Positions 37,763-47,287 of a stretch of 61,291 nucleotides of DNA are shown in pieces (within the stretch, counting starts at the first letter, position 1; each line of letters opens with the position of its first letter). The notes beneath the pieces were generated by a model. It was not told the DNA's origin and made no database searches. It worked only from the letters and a program-made list of their open reading frames with translations. The translations under genes and the position numbers were made by a program. This stretch comes from Myxococcota bacterium (GTDB lineage Bacteria > Myxococcota > UBA4151). The DNA is taken from NCBI GenBank assembly GCA_040260805.1, contig JBDQPD010000005.1, forward strand, positions 1 to 61,291. The letters run 5' to 3'.

Positions 37763-39907
37763 TCAATGCCATAAGCGATCTTGTTGGTGGTCTGACCCCA
37801 TCGAATCAGCGGTAAAATACCATCCATTCGTGACCGGCTCCGCCCCCTGGGTAAAGTCTTGGCTGCCGCACCGGCCGCCTGGCACAAAGAGGTTCTGCCC
37901 ATTTTGAGCGCCTAAAGTCAGACAGATACGATCCTCGGCGCCGGGGTTTTCGGTCTCGCACGGTGCGCGGTCGGAGACCGCTTGCTCAAGCGGCGCAAAG
38001 CCCCAGCTGTGCTGCGCTTGATAGTACCATAAGCCACCGTTGACCTCATGAGAGTCTTCGGTACCCGTGTAGGTGAAGACCGACGAGGTCGGTCCGTTGG
38101 CTGCCACGGTCAGCGTCTCTGCGTCGATGACTCGACACGCCAGCATCAAGTTCGCTCCAGAGCAGTCACCAAAGTTACGACGAACGAACGAGACCGGCGT
38201 ACCTTCCCAGTCGTAGGTCTGGGTGTAGCAATGCGTCCATTCCTCGAGGTTGGCTAAGGGGACCTCGGTGAGCACGCCATCGAACAAGCCGAGCTGACGG
38301 CGCAGGCACTGGTTGGTGCAGAAATCATCATCGACCTGGTTGTCGTCGTCACAGGTTTCATAACCCACGTCACCTTCAGCGAGATCTTCGCGCACGAACC
38401 CATCACCACAGCGTGCGGCGTCACAGGTTCCTAGGCAGGCGTCCGTATCGCTGGCGTTGCCATCATCGCAGCTTTCGTTCGTATCGACGACTGAGTCTCC
38501 GCAGGACGCAAGGACGCATTGCGTGCGGCAAGCGTCAGGCTGCTCATCAGAGTTCGCCTCGCCCTCGTCACAGGTTTCGCCATCATCGAGGATCCCGTCG
38601 CCGCAATGAGCTCGCTCGCAGCTCGTCCTGCAGGCGTTTGGCTCGAGATCGCTGTTGGCCAAACCTTCGTCGCAGGCTTCGACGCCGCGCTGAGCATAGC
38701 CGTCACCGCAGCGCGCGAGTTGGCAACTGACACAACCGTCGCGGGTGTTGTTGTTGTCATCCTCGCAGCTCTCATAGCCCGCTGGACGACATTGTCCGGT
38801 CAGACAAACCTCGTCGCCTTGGCAGGGCGTCTCATCCGAGCACGATGCGCCAGAGCCCTCGCCCAAGTCGTTGCGCACGTGCCCGTCGCCGCAGCTCGGC
38901 AGCGTGCACGAGGTCAAGCAGCTGTCGGTTTGGACCTCATTCCCATCATCACAGAGCTCATAGCCTTGCATTCCCGGTTCAAGGTCTGCGCGAAGAATGC
39001 CGTCGCCGCATTGGGCGACCTCGCAGGTGTTGGTGCACGCGTCGCTTGGTTCTGTGTTGCCATCATCACACGCTTCGTCGGGGTCGAGCATGCCATCTCC
39101 GCAGCGCTCGACCGTGCAGTCGCTGCGGCATCCATCACCGACCTGATCGTTGCCATCATCACAAGCCTCGGCTCCTGCCTCGCCGGCCTCGACGTCACTG
39201 CGAACGATGCCATCCCCACAGCGCGCGGTTTGGCACAGGTTCGTGCACGCGTCGCGCTCGTCTGTGTTTCCATCATCGCAGGTTTCGTTTCCTGCCCATA
39301 CTAAGCCATCGCCGCAACGCGCCGGCTCGCATTGCGAGGAGCACGCATCGGTATCCTCGGTGTTGGCATCGTCGCAGGTTTCGTCATTACTCAAGATACC
39401 ATCACCGCAGCGCGCCGGCGCACAGCGCGTGGTGCAGTCATCGTCCTCATCGCTGTTGCCGTCATCACAAACCTCAAAACCCTCATCGCCCGCTTCGAGG
39501 TCCGTTCGGACGATGCCATCACCGCAGCGTGCCGCAAGGCAAGTGTTTGAGCAGCCGTCGTCATCGATCGCGTTGCCATCGTCGCACAGTTCTTCGCCGG
39601 GTGCGCCTTCGCTGATGTCTTGGCGGGTGTACCCATCACCGCATCGAGCGGGCTCGCATTCGCTGGTGCATGAGTCGACGGCTACCGTGTTGCCGTCGTC
39701 GCAGGTCTCATGACCTGACCACACCCAACCATCTCCGCAGGTGGCGAGCTGACAACTCGATAGACAGTCGTCCTGGTCGTCGCTGTTCCCATCATCGCAA
39801 GCCTCATCAGCCGTCACCACACCGTCGCCGCAACGACCGGTGGTTGGCGCATCATCGTCGCCGCAGGCAAGGCACAAAAGTGTTCCAGCAAAAAGTAGGT
39901 ATTTCAT
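37763..39907 (-). CDS. Lipoprotein with 14 Myxococcus Cys-rich repeats (DUF4215/TIGR02232 type) and a C-terminal globular domain
   Basis: Lipobox CLAC; CGDG...E.CDDGN...D.C...C repeats; start moved to ATG 39907; possible frameshift near the 3' end. Confidence 0.88.
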   Translation of the reverse strand: MKYLLFAGTLLCLACGDDDAPTTGRCGDGVVTADEACDDGNSDDQDDCLSSCQLATCGDGWVWSGHETCDDGNTVAVDSCTSECEPARCGDGYTRQDISEGAPGEELCDDGNAIDDDGCSNTCLAARCGDGIVRTDLEAGDEGFEVCDDGNSDEDDDCTTRCAPARCGDGILSNDETCDDANTEDTDACSSQCEPARCGDGLVWAGNETCDDGNTDERDACTNLCQTARCGDGIVRSDVEAGEAGAEACDDGNDQVGDGCRSDCTVERCGDGMLDPDEACDDGNTEPSDACTNTCEVAQCGDGILRADLEPGMQGYELCDDGNEVQTDSCLTSCTLPSCGDGHVRNDLGEGSGASCSDETPCQGDEVCLTGQCRPAGYESCEDDNNNTRDGCVSCQLARCGDGYAQRGVEACDEGLANSDLEPNACRTSCERAHCGDGILDDGETCDEGEANSDEQPDACRTQCVLASCGDSVVDTNESCDDGNASDTDACLGTCDAARCGDGFVREDLAEGDVGYETCDDDNQVDDDFCTNQCLRRQLGLFDGVLTEVPLANLEEWTHCYTQTYDWEGTPVSFVRRNFGDCSGANLMLACRVIDAETLTVAANGPTSSVFTYTGTEDSHEVNGGLWYYQAQHSWGFAPLEQAVSDRAPCETENPGAEDRICLTLGAQNGQNLFVPGGRCGSQDFTQGAEPVTNGWYFTADSMGSDHQQDRLWH
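38305..39832 (-). repeat. Array of 14 CGD-CDDGN Cys-rich peptide repeats
   Basis: Counted in the translation; short and long (RxDLxxGxxGxE) variants are interleaved. Confidence 0.9.
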
Positions 39908-39947
39908 AGCCCTTTGGTAGCCGTGATCATGGCTTTGGGTCCACCAA

Positions 39948-41570
39948 CTAGTAGACCGTTTGGATCGTTGAGCCTGGATAGTAATGCTCGAGGATGGATT
40001 TGTTGTCGTAGCCTGCCTCGGCCATACCAATCGCGCCCATCTGGCACATGCCGACCCCATGACCCCAGCCTCGTCCCTTGAAGCTGATGCTGCGAATTCG
40101 TTGGTCGGCGCGCTTGATGGTCATGGTGAACAAGGAGCTCGGGAGGTTTCCTAGGACTCGGCGGATGCGCAGCTCGGGCTCGAGAATCAGGGTCCCGTGT
40201 TCCCCGGTCATGATCAGCGCTCGAGCGCGCCCGGACACGCCGCGCGCTTTGACTTTGATCCCTTTGAGTCGCCCAATTCCCATCTTCTTTTCGGCTGCCC
40301 GAAGGCGCTTGCCCGTCAGGGTGCGATTCCAGCGAAACATCTTTCGATTGGCTAGACTGCTGACCCGACACCAAGGCGCCGCCTGAGCGTTATCGATCCA
40401 TCGACTCAGCGCCTGGTCATCATCGGTCGGAGGGGCGGGAACCCGTCCATCAGGATGTCCACGCAGGAGCGCTGATGGCGGTTGGTTCCAGACGGCGTCG
40501 TTGTCCTCACTGTGCCCGCCGCAAATCGCAGAATACTGGGCGTGAGCCAGAGGTAAGTGTGAGCCGGTCGTTGCGGTGCCATCAAAGAGCAGCTGGCCGC
40601 GCGTTTGAGCGGTCGCTTTATCGGTCTGAGGGTGGCGGGTGTCGACGCCTCGATAGACCTGACAGTCTTGGTCATCGCAGAGCAAAAAGGGTTCGGCTCC
40701 GTGGCGCTGACCGAGTTTAGAGAAGAGCTCTGTGCGGGCTGCGATCGCTTGGCTCTTCAGCGCCTCGAGCGGGGCCGTCGCATAACTTTCAGCGGGTACG
40801 GTTCCGGCGACGAGTTCTTCAGCTCGAACCAGCGCCACCGCCGCAAGCTGCGCTTGAGCATCAAAGAGGATCTCAAGCTGTCCGATGTAGCCACGCGCCT
40901 CTTTGCGATGGGCATTGACTAAGGTGAATTGGGCTTTTGAGCTCGGTCGGTCAAAGCTCAAGGCGACGCGGTCACTGGCTCGCCATTTCTTGTTGCCCAT
41001 TCGCACCTCGAGCTGTCCGCCCGGTAGGGTCAGCAGGCGCGCCTCGATGTGACTCCGGAGTTGATGCTTTGCCTGCAGCTCTCGTTGCTGCTTTTCAGCC
41101 TCTTGGAGTGATCGCCCTCGACTGACCGCAAGCGCTAGCGAGCGATTATCAAAGGTGGTTCCCGAGAGCGCCATTTGCACACCAAGAGGAAGCAGCTGTG
41201 CCTGCTCAAAACCCAAGGCCCGCCAGTACTTTAATCGGCGCTTGGCGGTGGTTTTTTGTCCAATTTTATACTGCTCTGCGATCACGAAGTGACCGACTTT
41301 TGCCGCTCGTCCGGAGCGTAAACTCACGACCAAGCGCGACCCATTGGGGATCGTGAATTTACGCGCCTCGCGTTGACCTAAAATCAGCGTGCCTTGTTGA
41401 TGCGTGATCACCTCAAACCGGTTTTTCCCTTGAGTGATCCCCAAAGGAATCATGGGCATCCCATCGGAGTCAAAGGCGAGCGCTTGAGACCACAAGAGAT
41501 CCGTACCCTGTGGCTCAGGAGGGGGCAGGGGACCGTTGAGTAGGTGGCCGGCGAGGATCAGCGCGATCAT
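39948..41570 (-). CDS. SpoIID/LytB domain peptidoglycan lytic transglycosylase
   Basis: EALKSQAIAART, LCDDQDCQVYRG, GWGHGVGMCQMGA, ILEHYYPG. Confidence 0.93.
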   Translation of the reverse strand: MIALILAGHLLNGPLPPPEPQGTDLLWSQALAFDSDGMPMIPLGITQGKNRFEVITHQQGTLILGQREARKFTIPNGSRLVVSLRSGRAAKVGHFVIAEQYKIGQKTTAKRRLKYWRALGFEQAQLLPLGVQMALSGTTFDNRSLALAVSRGRSLQEAEKQQRELQAKHQLRSHIEARLLTLPGGQLEVRMGNKKWRASDRVALSFDRPSSKAQFTLVNAHRKEARGYIGQLEILFDAQAQLAAVALVRAEELVAGTVPAESYATAPLEALKSQAIAARTELFSKLGQRHGAEPFLLCDDQDCQVYRGVDTRHPQTDKATAQTRGQLLFDGTATTGSHLPLAHAQYSAICGGHSEDNDAVWNQPPSALLRGHPDGRVPAPPTDDDQALSRWIDNAQAAPWCRVSSLANRKMFRWNRTLTGKRLRAAEKKMGIGRLKGIKVKARGVSGRARALIMTGEHGTLILEPELRIRRVLGNLPSSLFTMTIKRADQRIRSISFKGRGWGHGVGMCQMGAIGMAEAGYDNKSILEHYYPGSTIQTVY

Positions 41571-42961
41571 GAGCGGATCAAATCGTGCACATCGAGCGCT
41601 GTAAATAAGGTCACTTGATCATGCCAATGCCGATGCGTTCGACCGGGCCAGCCGACGGCTTCGGTCTCGGTGCCTTGACGCTTTAGCGCCCCGATCAGCG
41701 GAATAAAGTCACCGTCGCCGCTCGCGATGATGATCGTTTGAGCTCGCCCTGCCCATTGCATCGCGCACACCGCCAACCCGACGTCCCAATCCGCTTTGCT
41801 GCTGCCGTCATCAAAGGTCTGCTTTTGCTTCCAGCGTACATCGACACCTGCTCGCCGCAGCGTCTCCTCAAAGCTTTGCCTTTGGGGACCAGGGTCAGCG
41901 ACCGCAAAAGCGATCGCTCGACGCAAGGAGCGCCCGTCGAGGACGCGTTGGAGCACCGCAGCGAAGTCGAGATGTCCACCTTGGGCACGCGCACCAGCAC
42001 CTAAGTTGGCGGCGTCAAAGAGGACCACCACGCCGTGCCGTTCTTCGCCGTCACCCCTTTCGGTGATGACCTTGCGTTCATGGTGCCAGGCAGAGCGCTC
42101 AGTTCTCAAGATGTCGTCACGCGCTGAGAGCTCGTCTTGATGCTTTTGAGTCAGCACCTTTTCGCGCGCAGCGTGTTCGCACAGTTCAGTCTTGAGGTCG
42201 TCCACTTGGGCGGTGGTTCGCTTGAGCTCGTTGAGCGTTTCACGTTGCGCCCGCTGAGCCGTTTGGAGCTCTGCCAGCAGGCTGTCACGATCTGTAGCGC
42301 GCTGACTGTGTTGTGCGTCGACCCGTCGGTGGGTTCCGCGCTGCGTGGCTTGCTCGCTGAGCGCTTGCTCTAGACGCGTCCGAAGCGCTTCAATCTGCCC
42401 ATCTTTTTCTTTGATCGCGCGTCTCAGTTTTCCCAGCTTTGCGCTGTCTTGGGGGTCAGCAAGACTAGGGATAGGTTTCGACTTTGAGGTGCTCGAAGGG
42501 GCAGGCAGTCGAACGGTTTCCTCGCCGCTAGCCGCCGCCTCGAGGAGGTTCCCGAGCATGTCTAGAGCCGCTAGTTGAAGCGCCGCTCGAGGATCGCTCA
42601 GAGCAGCCCAGATCATTCGGGCTCGCTGCCGCTTGAACTGCATTCCGCCGTAGGTGCTCAGACGGTCAATGGCATCGTCCTGACTCAAGCTGTCCAGCAG
42701 CTTGGACTCGGTTCGGCTTCGTTTGGCTAACCCATCGATCAGATCATCAATGGGTTGACTCGAACCACTTTGAGCAGTTTTGAGCGAATGACCGACGACC
42801 GCACCGACCACTTGATGGCGTTGCAGACGCGCCGCTGAGGGAGCACTTTTGGGGGCGTGTTTGCGGTACAGCTTGTCTAAGTCATCTCGACCCATCGCGC
42901 CGTCGGTCAGGACCAGCCAGGCTGGCGGTCCAAAGTCTGACAAGAGCTCAGCGACGGTCAA
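41567..42961 (-). CDS. NYN (LabA/DUF88) domain protein with N-terminal domain and coiled coil
   Basis: FDAANL, KADWDV, ASGDGDFIPL; TTG 42961 preceded by GGGAG. Confidence 0.88.
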   Translation of the reverse strand: MTVAELLSDFGPPAWLVLTDGAMGRDDLDKLYRKHAPKSAPSAARLQRHQVVGAVVGHSLKTAQSGSSQPIDDLIDGLAKRSRTESKLLDSLSQDDAIDRLSTYGGMQFKRQRARMIWAALSDPRAALQLAALDMLGNLLEAAASGEETVRLPAPSSTSKSKPIPSLADPQDSAKLGKLRRAIKEKDGQIEALRTRLEQALSEQATQRGTHRRVDAQHSQRATDRDSLLAELQTAQRAQRETLNELKRTTAQVDDLKTELCEHAAREKVLTQKHQDELSARDDILRTERSAWHHERKVITERGDGEERHGVVVLFDAANLGAGARAQGGHLDFAAVLQRVLDGRSLRRAIAFAVADPGPQRQSFEETLRRAGVDVRWKQKQTFDDGSSKADWDVGLAVCAMQWAGRAQTIIIASGDGDFIPLIGALKRQGTETEAVGWPGRTHRHWHDQVTLFTALDVHDLIRS

Positions 42962-43805
42962 CGCATTGCTCCCGATAGGCGGCGTGTAGTTGTCGACAGA
43001 TCGGACCTGGCGAGCCCTCGCCAATGGGCTCGTCGTCAAGCATCACAACCGCGACCAACTCGCGCAAAGACGAGGAGATCATCAGCTCAGCCGCCTGGTC
43101 CAGAAGCGCTCGACTGATCGGCCCCTCGACCACCGGAATCTTGAGTCTATGCGCACATTCTAGGATCTGTTGTCGCGTGATTCCGGGCAGAACGCCTGCC
43201 GCTAGATCCGGCGTGTAGAGCACGCCATCGTGGACCATGAACACATTGCTCGTGCTGCCCTCCGTCAGTTGGTCATCCGCGTCGAAGCGAAGGGCTTCGT
43301 GGGCGCCAGCGCGCCGCGCCGCATCGAGCGCCAAAAGGTTCGTCAGGTAATTACCCGTTTTAGCGATACGACGTCCCCGGCCTCGCCCGGCCTCTTCTAA
43401 GCTGATCGCTTTGACGCCGTGCGTCCAAAAGGATTCGGATCGCTCGGGTAAAGGTCGAGCTAGAATGACCAGACGTTGAGCACCAGCGAGGTCGGGGGCT
43501 AAGCCGAACTCGCCGTCCCCGCGGGTGATGATCAGTCGCAGATAGCTCTCTTCGCCAGGACGTTTGGCGAGCAGCGCGATGAGGTCACGGCGGATACGTT
43601 CTTCGCTAAAGCCTAGCTCCATCGCAATGCGCGAGGCGCTGAGCCGGAGACGATCAAGATGCAGCTGCAGCGCATGAAGTTGACCGCCGTAAGTCCGCAT
43701 TGTCTCAAAGACTGAGTCGCCGTAGAGAAAACCCCGATCATAGATCGGCACGCGGCCCTCATCAGCCGGCATGACCTCGCCGTCGATGCTGACCCAGTCA
43801 CTCAT
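42948..43805 (-). CDS. Aminotransferase class IV (IlvE/PabC/Dat family)
   Basis: DRGFLYGDSVFETMR, KTGNY, EGSTSNVF, LPGITR. Confidence 0.93.
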   Translation of the reverse strand: MSDWVSIDGEVMPADEGRVPIYDRGFLYGDSVFETMRTYGGQLHALQLHLDRLRLSASRIAMELGFSEERIRRDLIALLAKRPGEESYLRLIITRGDGEFGLAPDLAGAQRLVILARPLPERSESFWTHGVKAISLEEAGRGRGRRIAKTGNYLTNLLALDAARRAGAHEALRFDADDQLTEGSTSNVFMVHDGVLYTPDLAAGVLPGITRQQILECAHRLKIPVVEGPISRALLDQAAELMISSSLRELVAVVMLDDEPIGEGSPGPICRQLHAAYREQCVDRR

Positions 43806-45772
43806 GGTGAATCGAGCGCCGGAGGAGCATACAGATCGTCCTCGATGACTTCGATTCGACGATGAGGAAAGCTGAGATTGACCGCTCTCGGCGCCAACGC
43901 GCCAATCAACTCAAGGACAGCATCCATCGGCGCGTCACCGCGCACATAGAGCATGACCTTAGCGTCTTTGGGTAGAAGGTTCGCCATCTTGAGTAAGCGG
44001 CTGCGCCATGCGCCCATCGTCTTCGATTTTTTGTTCGATGCGTAGCCCCGCAGGGGCAGTCGAGCGTCACCCGCCAGGTCATTAAAGAGCAGCTCTTTTC
44101 CGCTGATCGTCACCCGAGAGCGTTCGCCTTGGCGAGCCAGTTTAACAGCACCCATAGCGCCGAGGCGCAGCGCCTCGCCGGCGTCCTCGGTGGGCTCTAT
44201 AACCGCACCGGCATCGGCGGTCTTCGCCACCGGCTTGCCGGTGTCTCCAGGGGGTTCCGTCGTGCCGGCGTCCGATTTGGGTAGCCGAATTCTGATCTTT
44301 AGCCGCTCCTCTGCCGCAGGGTCTAGCTGCTCATCCGGGCTCTCTTCGGTGGCATCCGCTAGCTCGAGGTCACGCGCGTTCTGCACCTCAGTCTTGACCC
44401 TGGTCCATCCGACCTGAGCGCGCACCGCGCGGACGCCGTGATCCCAATAGGCGAGCTCTACGATCGTGCCGCGAGGGAGCTCTGAGAGGACTCGTCCGAC
44501 ATAGCGCGGCGGCGCCCCGCGACTCAAAACGATCATCAATGGTTTATCTTTAGAGCCCTCAAACAGACTCTCGGCTCGCATGTTCAAGCCAGCCAGGGCG
44601 TCGGCAAGTGGGTCACCTGATGGCGCAGGAAACAAGGGGTCGGGGCGGGTCTGTACGGCGCGACCAGGCCAGGCGAGTTCACTCTCGAGATCCATAAAGC
44701 GAATACCTTGGTCATCCACTGCAAGCGCCGGACGGATTCCGGTGCGCATCCCGCCGCTGCGATTGATCGAGACAAAGCGCTGCGCTTGAGGGTGCTTTCC
44801 ACCAGCCAGCGCGGCTCCAAAATCCATGATCACGCCGGTGCGGAATTCGCCGGCACCGAACCAACCTGGAAAGGGCGCCGGAAACGGGCGGTTTTTCAAG
44901 GCGCCTTGAAGATCTGAGAGCGCTCGTCGAGTCGCATCACCCAAAGCGCCCCCGTCTTTGCGGGCGCGCCGGAGGATGGACTCGCCATGAATCAGCGCAA
45001 AGCGGAGTGGGGCGAGCTGTGGGCCAGCGTATCGCATCTCCTCCGGAGCGCGCAGTCCAAGCGCTTTAGGTGGACAACTCGAGATGAGATTTTTACGTCG
45101 CTTCTTCGCTTTAGCCTTGGGTTTGTCTTTGAACGCTTTGCACGTGATCGGGCAGGCAGCGCGTTGAGCATCTGGCAGTTGGTCACCACGCAACAAGGCA
45201 TTGAGGGTCGCCGCGCATGGATAGGGGTAGTTCGCCACGATGCTGCCGATGTCGTGTTGAGCAGCGTCGAGTAGGCGGCGAAAGTGAAGGGTCAACAAGA
45301 GCCTCGCTCGAACGCCTGCTTCACCGGTCTCGGCTCGAGCAAGAGCGTTGAGTGCATCGGCGCGCGGGACGCCGGGTGGACGCGCCACGGCTTCTAAAAA
45401 TGGCTTCAGCTCATGCGCTGCGCTGAGCCAGTCGAGCATGGTTTTTGAGCCTGGAAAGTCGGCTTCCTTTGAGTCTGCGAATAAATCGGTGAGTTTGGTG
45501 GCGCTGCGGCCGGCAGCCTGAGCGATCAGCATGCCATCGAGATAACTCGCAACAAAAGTGTCACGAGCCAGCTGGATATGTGGCTTGTCGCTTTGAGCAT
45601 GGGCATCGATGATGACCTTGAGGTGCCTGAGCTCATCAGCGAGATCCGAGGGAAGGCGAGGCAAAGGCGTCAGAGCCGCAACCAAATCATTAACCTGTTT
45701 GGGGCTGTCATCGCAGCTGCAGGCGTTGAGCGTCATCGCTGATGCGATCAATACAGTGACGTATTTAGCCAT
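43802..45772 (-). CDS. Hypothetical lipoprotein, possibly with ExbD/TolR-like periplasmic folds
   Basis: Lipobox LNAC; LMIVLSRGAPPRYVGRVLSEL and VMLYVRGDAPMDAVLELIGAL resemble the ExbD strand-helix unit. Confidence 0.55.
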   Translation of the reverse strand: MAKYVTVLIASAMTLNACSCDDSPKQVNDLVAALTPLPRLPSDLADELRHLKVIIDAHAQSDKPHIQLARDTFVASYLDGMLIAQAAGRSATKLTDLFADSKEADFPGSKTMLDWLSAAHELKPFLEAVARPPGVPRADALNALARAETGEAGVRARLLLTLHFRRLLDAAQHDIGSIVANYPYPCAATLNALLRGDQLPDAQRAACPITCKAFKDKPKAKAKKRRKNLISSCPPKALGLRAPEEMRYAGPQLAPLRFALIHGESILRRARKDGGALGDATRRALSDLQGALKNRPFPAPFPGWFGAGEFRTGVIMDFGAALAGGKHPQAQRFVSINRSGGMRTGIRPALAVDDQGIRFMDLESELAWPGRAVQTRPDPLFPAPSGDPLADALAGLNMRAESLFEGSKDKPLMIVLSRGAPPRYVGRVLSELPRGTIVELAYWDHGVRAVRAQVGWTRVKTEVQNARDLELADATEESPDEQLDPAAEERLKIRIRLPKSDAGTTEPPGDTGKPVAKTADAGAVIEPTEDAGEALRLGAMGAVKLARQGERSRVTISGKELLFNDLAGDARLPLRGYASNKKSKTMGAWRSRLLKMANLLPKDAKVMLYVRGDAPMDAVLELIGALAPRAVNLSFPHRRIEVIEDDLYAPPALDSP

Positions 45773-47165
45773 GATCGGTCTCGGTGATGCTACGCGGCAG
45801 GCCGCCATCTTCAGGGCGCACAAAGAACATCGTGAGGTCTCCCTTGTTCTTTGCTGCTAATCGGCCCCTACTCTGAGTTGTTTTACGACTCAAAAGATCG
45901 CGCGTCGCGGTGCTGATGTTGATACGGCCGGGTTCAGAGCTGCTCTCCATCCGCGCCGCGACGTTCACCGTGTCGCCCCAGACATCAAAAGCGAGCCGGC
46001 TGCCGCCGATGACGCCGCTGACCACGGGGCCACTGTGCGCGCCCACTCGGACCTCCCAGTGGGGCAGGTCAGGATTTTGGGTCCTGCGCTTTTCTAGGTA
46101 CGCAACCATATCTTCGGCGGCATTGACCGTCCGCTGAGCATGGTCCTCGCATCCATCCAGCCCGGCGATCGCCATGTAGGCATCGCCGATGGTTTTAATT
46201 CGCTCGAGTCCGTGGTCATGACTGATGCGATCGAAAGCCGAGAAGATTTCATCGAGCTCTGCGATCAGTTTGACGCCGCCGATGCGCTCGGCGATTCGAG
46301 TAAAGCCGACAAAGTCGGTGAACATGATGGTGACCTCATCATGGACCTCTGGTGCCACCGTCCCTTTCTCAATCAGCTGCCGCACTGCGGTTTCGGGCAG
46401 GATCAGTCGAAGCAGGCTATCGGCCGCGTCCGCCTCTTGGGAGGCGACCATGCCGCGCAAGAAGTTACGAACCCTCATACGTCGCAACGCCACGCCGATT
46501 GCGATCGCCGTTGCGTTAAGAATCAACACCGAACTGACGCGGTTGACCACCAGACTGTAGGGCGCCTCGCTCCAGACCCAAGGCCAGCCCAACAGCACCA
46601 CGAGATAGGTAGCGGCCATGCATAGAATCAGCGCAATGTGCCGGGTGAAGCTCATCGGCATGGCCGCGATGAGCACGAAAGGAAAGACCTGCATTGTGCT
46701 CAGGTACGGACTGAATGCGCCGCCCGTTAGGGTGACCACATACAAGGACGCGCCAAAGGGTATCAGCAGCAGTAACGACGCGGTTCCAAATACAAACCGA
46801 GGGGTTTTGCGTGCCAGCAAAGGCAGACTGCAGACCCCCATGGCGACGACCGTAAGCAAGCGAACCCACATCAGCGTCGACGCCTCGTCGGGCGCACGCC
46901 AGGCATCGATCGGATACAAGAGCAGAAAGATCAGGGCTCCAGCAGGAGCAAGCCAGCGCAAGATACCGTGCAGATCTTCTGCTAAGGCTTTGAGGTACTT
47001 TTCTCGATAATGCGGAGGAACTTTCCCGGCGCGGTCCATCAAGCCTAAGGTATCTCGGTCTTCGAGCCAGCGATCGACCTCCCACGGTAGACCGGTATCC
47101 GCCAAAACCCCGGCCATCGTTCCGAGTTTGGTTAGACTGCGTCGACCAAAGCGCCATGGAATCAT
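45765..47165 (-). CDS. Membrane-bound class III adenylate cyclase
   Basis: About six TM segments; FTDFVGFT, KTIGDAYM, FDVWGDTVNVAARME; the K/D pair points to ATP specificity. Confidence 0.93.
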   Translation of the reverse strand: MIPWRFGRRSLTKLGTMAGVLADTGLPWEVDRWLEDRDTLGLMDRAGKVPPHYREKYLKALAEDLHGILRWLAPAGALIFLLLYPIDAWRAPDEASTLMWVRLLTVVAMGVCSLPLLARKTPRFVFGTASLLLLIPFGASLYVVTLTGGAFSPYLSTMQVFPFVLIAAMPMSFTRHIALILCMAATYLVVLLGWPWVWSEAPYSLVVNRVSSVLILNATAIAIGVALRRMRVRNFLRGMVASQEADAADSLLRLILPETAVRQLIEKGTVAPEVHDEVTIMFTDFVGFTRIAERIGGVKLIAELDEIFSAFDRISHDHGLERIKTIGDAYMAIAGLDGCEDHAQRTVNAAEDMVAYLEKRRTQNPDLPHWEVRVGAHSGPVVSGVIGGSRLAFDVWGDTVNVAARMESSSEPGRINISTATRDLLSRKTTQSRGRLAAKNKGDLTMFFVRPEDGGLPRSITETDHG

Positions 47166-47287
47166 TCAGGGACCTCGCCTAGGCCGCATAGAACGCCTGC
47201 CCCTTTGGGGCAATCCGTGACCTGTCGAACATGTGACCGATGTTTTTCGCATTGGATTGCATCAAGGCATCTGTCAGGTAGCGTTCT

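Noticed and set aside
37763-39907. Diversity-generating retroelement target
   Set aside because: No reverse transcriptase and no template/variable repeat pair with adenine-specific mismatches seen in the window
41567-47165. Pycsar/CBASS-like defence system (cyclase plus nuclease)
   Set aside because: The cyclase is a membrane sensor type with ATP-specifying K/D residues, there is no cyclic-nucleotide-binding effector, and unrelated genes intervene
47210-47245. CRP-like site between the cyclase and the ceramidase-like gene (GTGACC twice)
   Set aside because: Only half-site matches; no proper TGTGA-N6-TCACA palindrome
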